Shown here piece after piece: positions 34,601 to 35,614 of a DNA stretch of 35,614 nt (position 1 is the first letter of the stretch; each line of letters begins with the position of its first letter). Origin of the DNA: an uncultured Pseudomonadota bacterium. GTDB taxonomy: Bacteria; Pseudomonadota; Alphaproteobacteria; RF32; CAG-239. Below the pieces are notes generated by a model. The model was not told where the DNA came from. It did not search any database and saw only the letters and a list, made by a program, of their open reading frames with translations. The position numbers and the translations under genes were made by a program. The stretch covers positions 1-35,614 of the forward strand of contig CADBSM010000080.1 in the NCBI GenBank assembly GCA_902797315.1. Reading direction: 5' to 3'.

Positions 34601-35614
34601 GAAACAGATACTGCTTGTAATGCAGCTATTTCTGGCTATACAGAGCCACTGTTTTCAAGCGAGGAAAGCCCTTATTACGGGGGTGTTCAACCAACAGCAT
34701 TATGTCACCAATGCCGAGATCAAAATCAAAATGGACAATGGGCGCTTTATTGGTATCCTGAATGCCGCCAGACGGCCAATCGTGATTTTGCTTTGAGAAG
34801 TGGTGCTGTCAGCCTATTTTATAACAATCAATCATCTTCATTAGGCTATTTTGACAATACTGATGAAGAAAATGTGTGTTGTGCAGAAGATTTCATTACG
34901 GGCGATTCTGATTCTGAGTTTTCGGGTTCTGGGTGTGATTTAGCTGATTATAAGAGACAATGCAACAATACTTCTGGCTGTTCTTATACAGGTGGAGATT
35001 GCAAGTGCCAAAACGGTCTCTCACTCGATCACCCATGTGCGCTAAATAGTGGCATTGGTTTCGCGCGCTATGTTTACAAAAATAAATTGATAAATATTAA
35101 AAGTTATCATCTAGGGTCAAATGCTCAAGTTTGTTATGCTTTAGATGGCAAATGCGTGTACAATCCGGAAGCTTCATCTCGTTGTGAGGATGAGGACTGT
35201 TCTGTTAAAACGTGTTCTGAAGAGGTTTATCCTTTTACAGCAATGAGTGTGATCACAGGCGGATATATTGATGAGACAAGTGAATCTTGTTCGCCTGTTG
35301 AGTGGATTAATGGCGTTTGCACCAATCTTCCGACACGCTACAGCTGTGTGGCATGTGCTTCTCTGGGACGCACACTTTCAGCAGATTGCCAATCTTGTCA
35401 ATGCGATATGGCGCAAGGATATTATGATTCTGAAGAAGATTGTTTACAAACTAACAATAGTTGTAAAAAAGATACGCTGAGCCAATGTTGGATTCAAAAC
35501 CTGACATGTGCGGATAGAAATTTGCTAGAAGCTTCAGAATGTGTAGAAGATGCTTTTTATAAGTGTGTTTCTGTCGATGCAAAATGTTCTCAAAAAGTTG
35601 CAAAATCGTGCGAA
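31664..35614 (+). CDS. Giant secreted cysteine-rich repeat protein, 3'-truncated by the window edge (at least 1,317 aa)
   Basis: I translated it by hand line by line and found no stop in this frame from 31535 to the last base. It is missing from the ORF track, which appears to list only ORFs that end in a stop codon. The N-terminus MIKFFVFAFILFSSIKPTFA/QTEDP is a Sec signal peptide. By hand count there are about 129 Cys (~10%). Cys modules recur, and a promoter and RBS lie upstream. Confidence 0.85.
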   Translation, partial: MIKFFVFAFILFSSIKPTFAQTEDPQHLESRCGKGCVDKLLDCEELGYQKNLYCPEGYVICPFDPEYIWCKTYTCDMGGLYTEDEVSAKRAEGYLCHKYRYHGHTCYECDDVDEERCQWTAANVGQGKPSGQLCPNGKYTECVKECYLQDKSSQIPSGEAVVPVYTKCFNCGVEERIVTDFECKAGYIKKNGKCEPNGCPLPVTHTDILYGTNVTDCDTKAHPEGWYFESNGRSGDKACGRCIPKECQAGYTPGEVCPSGAGYQHHTAGYSGDQLCGYCENLTCVAPYSANYQKIEDCPKLSNENWSISKAWTYQRSTQQSGDLACGRCEPNQCNAGYTEQYQSVEDCPNSTGYVWDYDKTKFYGDLYCGVCIPKTCEKGSIELTISDCPYVSSVGAYIQDTGLYMGEKPCKECQCDASSCPFKTTQSSSSAVVVGDGGEGVTPCCDGVSYQGCKVKASCCGSTVKNIEHATGYKVNCTACGETYWGATACEGKYKPNACGICVEQRCEDISNQLFSKPDCTNPFPNLPFTRYGYTAVPSTEYPGCYSCVCDVTASECPYTDDFRDTSRAYIGLGQGRKVCCDGSYRECVNETCQGLQQCPENADLCSQCDACGKTYYRVHNCKTGYAGVSCEECAANYVEQNGVCIPVVGCGDHGYQVDDGCVCDEGYKGKNCDECDEGYVKDKNSGLCRPAECSDNKWKTACDSDCENCVSKTMKSGKSTIQCFEVTPKNCNEICANAEGVISDSSMCGESSLERWKQGRGLYQYLSSATTRKSVSVCGKTCYVPDGCPEGEALSNDQHQQKIEEGYVCLESHENAVGEMCYLCVPDSCEGDFVTEKQKNEAEASGAICTRVAAFSTTGGFCYKCVSDTCDDDYVWSKEKLSLDLYAYATQDIFTYGPPQSSEFASYMSFPEDIYEGQGKEYYIVYPYADCDNHSEPGQDVLCYKNAAGHYCYQRYDTYFGATEEPICSSLTHNTLYETDTACNAAISGYTEPLFSSEESPYYGGVQPTALCHQCRDQNQNGQWALYWYPECRQTANRDFALRSGAVSLFYNNQSSSLGYFDNTDEENVCCAEDFITGDSDSEFSGSGCDLADYKRQCNNTSGCSYTGGDCKCQNGLSLDHPCALNSGIGFARYVYKNKLINIKSYHLGSNAQVCYALDGKCVYNPEASSRCEDEDCSVKTCSEEVYPFTAMSVITGGYIDETSESCSPVEWINGVCTNLPTRYSCVACASLGRTLSADCQSCQCDMAQGYYDSEEDCLQTNNSCKKDTLSQCWIQNLTCADRNLLEASECVEDAFYKCVSVDAKCSQKVAKSCE
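32210..32926 (+). repeat. Five tandem degenerate ~40-65-aa Cys modules inside the giant ORF
   Basis: Modules start at Cys183, 247, 284, 334 and 377. Each follows C-x-(A/K)-G-Y-(T/I)...(E/S/T)-D-C-(P/D)...G-(D/E)-x-x-C-G-x-C-x-P-x-x, for example GDKACGRCIPKE, GDQLCGYCENLT, GDLACGRCEPNQ and GDLYCGVCIPKT. Confidence 0.6.
32792..33607 (+). repeat. Duplicated ~130-140-aa super-module inside the giant ORF (32792-33184 and 33185-33607)
   Basis: The units align at CE..(x)DC.., PCKECQCDASSCPF vs GCYSCVCDVTASECPY, TPCCDGVSYQGC vs KVCCDGSYREC, and CTACGETYWGATAC vs CDACGKTYYRVHNC. Confidence 0.6.

Noticed and set aside
32001-35480. Seven + strand track ORFs (32001-32198, 32313-32510, 32628-32810, 32847-33176, 33348-33554, 34599-34796, 35268-35480), plus minus-strand ORFs at 32507-32807 and 34316-34556.
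   Set aside because: The + strand ORFs are all in the same wrong frame (start position mod 3 = 0), are short, and are fully contained in the uninterrupted 1,317-codon frame starting at 31664. They are frame shadows of the giant gene.

Overview
This is an AT-rich bacterial chromosomal segment with no rRNA, CRISPR array, transposase or integrase. The gene content suggests a host-associated, fermentative, alphaproteobacterium-like organism; this rests on gene content only, with no phylogeny run. The markers are a CckA-type hybrid kinase, an Hda with a clamp-binding motif, a MipZ-like ParA protein, an hpf-ptsN pair and an ankyrin-repeat protein. In order the window holds: a partial ankyrin-repeat gene running into tRNA-Thr(UGU); an unknown gene; trxB; and a tight minus-strand operon murF-nrdR-nusB-def-exported nitroreductase. 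Next come a complete three-gene [FeFe]-hydrogenase operon (NuoE-like, NuoF-like, HydA), two small membrane proteins, groES-groEL, three unknown small or membrane proteins between strong terminators, and a minus-strand operon of an unknown protein, a CxxC thioredoxin-fold lipoprotein and a stand-alone (p)ppGpp hydrolase. After that are tRNA-His(GUG) with a duplicated 3' end and terminator, a DD-carboxypeptidase with a SPOR domain, the MipZ-like protein, pgm, cckA, hda, glgP, mltG-fabF-acpP (minus strand), L-lactate dehydrogenase, an unknown anchored protein and hpf-ptsN. Two things stand out. First, the hydrogenase operon sits in this lineage context and lacks the extra ferredoxin modules seen in well-studied bifurcating enzymes. 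Second, a very large ORF at 31664..35614 is absent from the supplied ORF track because it has no stop codon inside the window. It has a near-consensus promoter, an RBS and a Sec signal peptide. It encodes at least 1,317 residues, about 10% of them cysteine. These are arranged in degenerate repeated modules, including a segment with the spacing of eukaryotic laminin-type EGF repeats.
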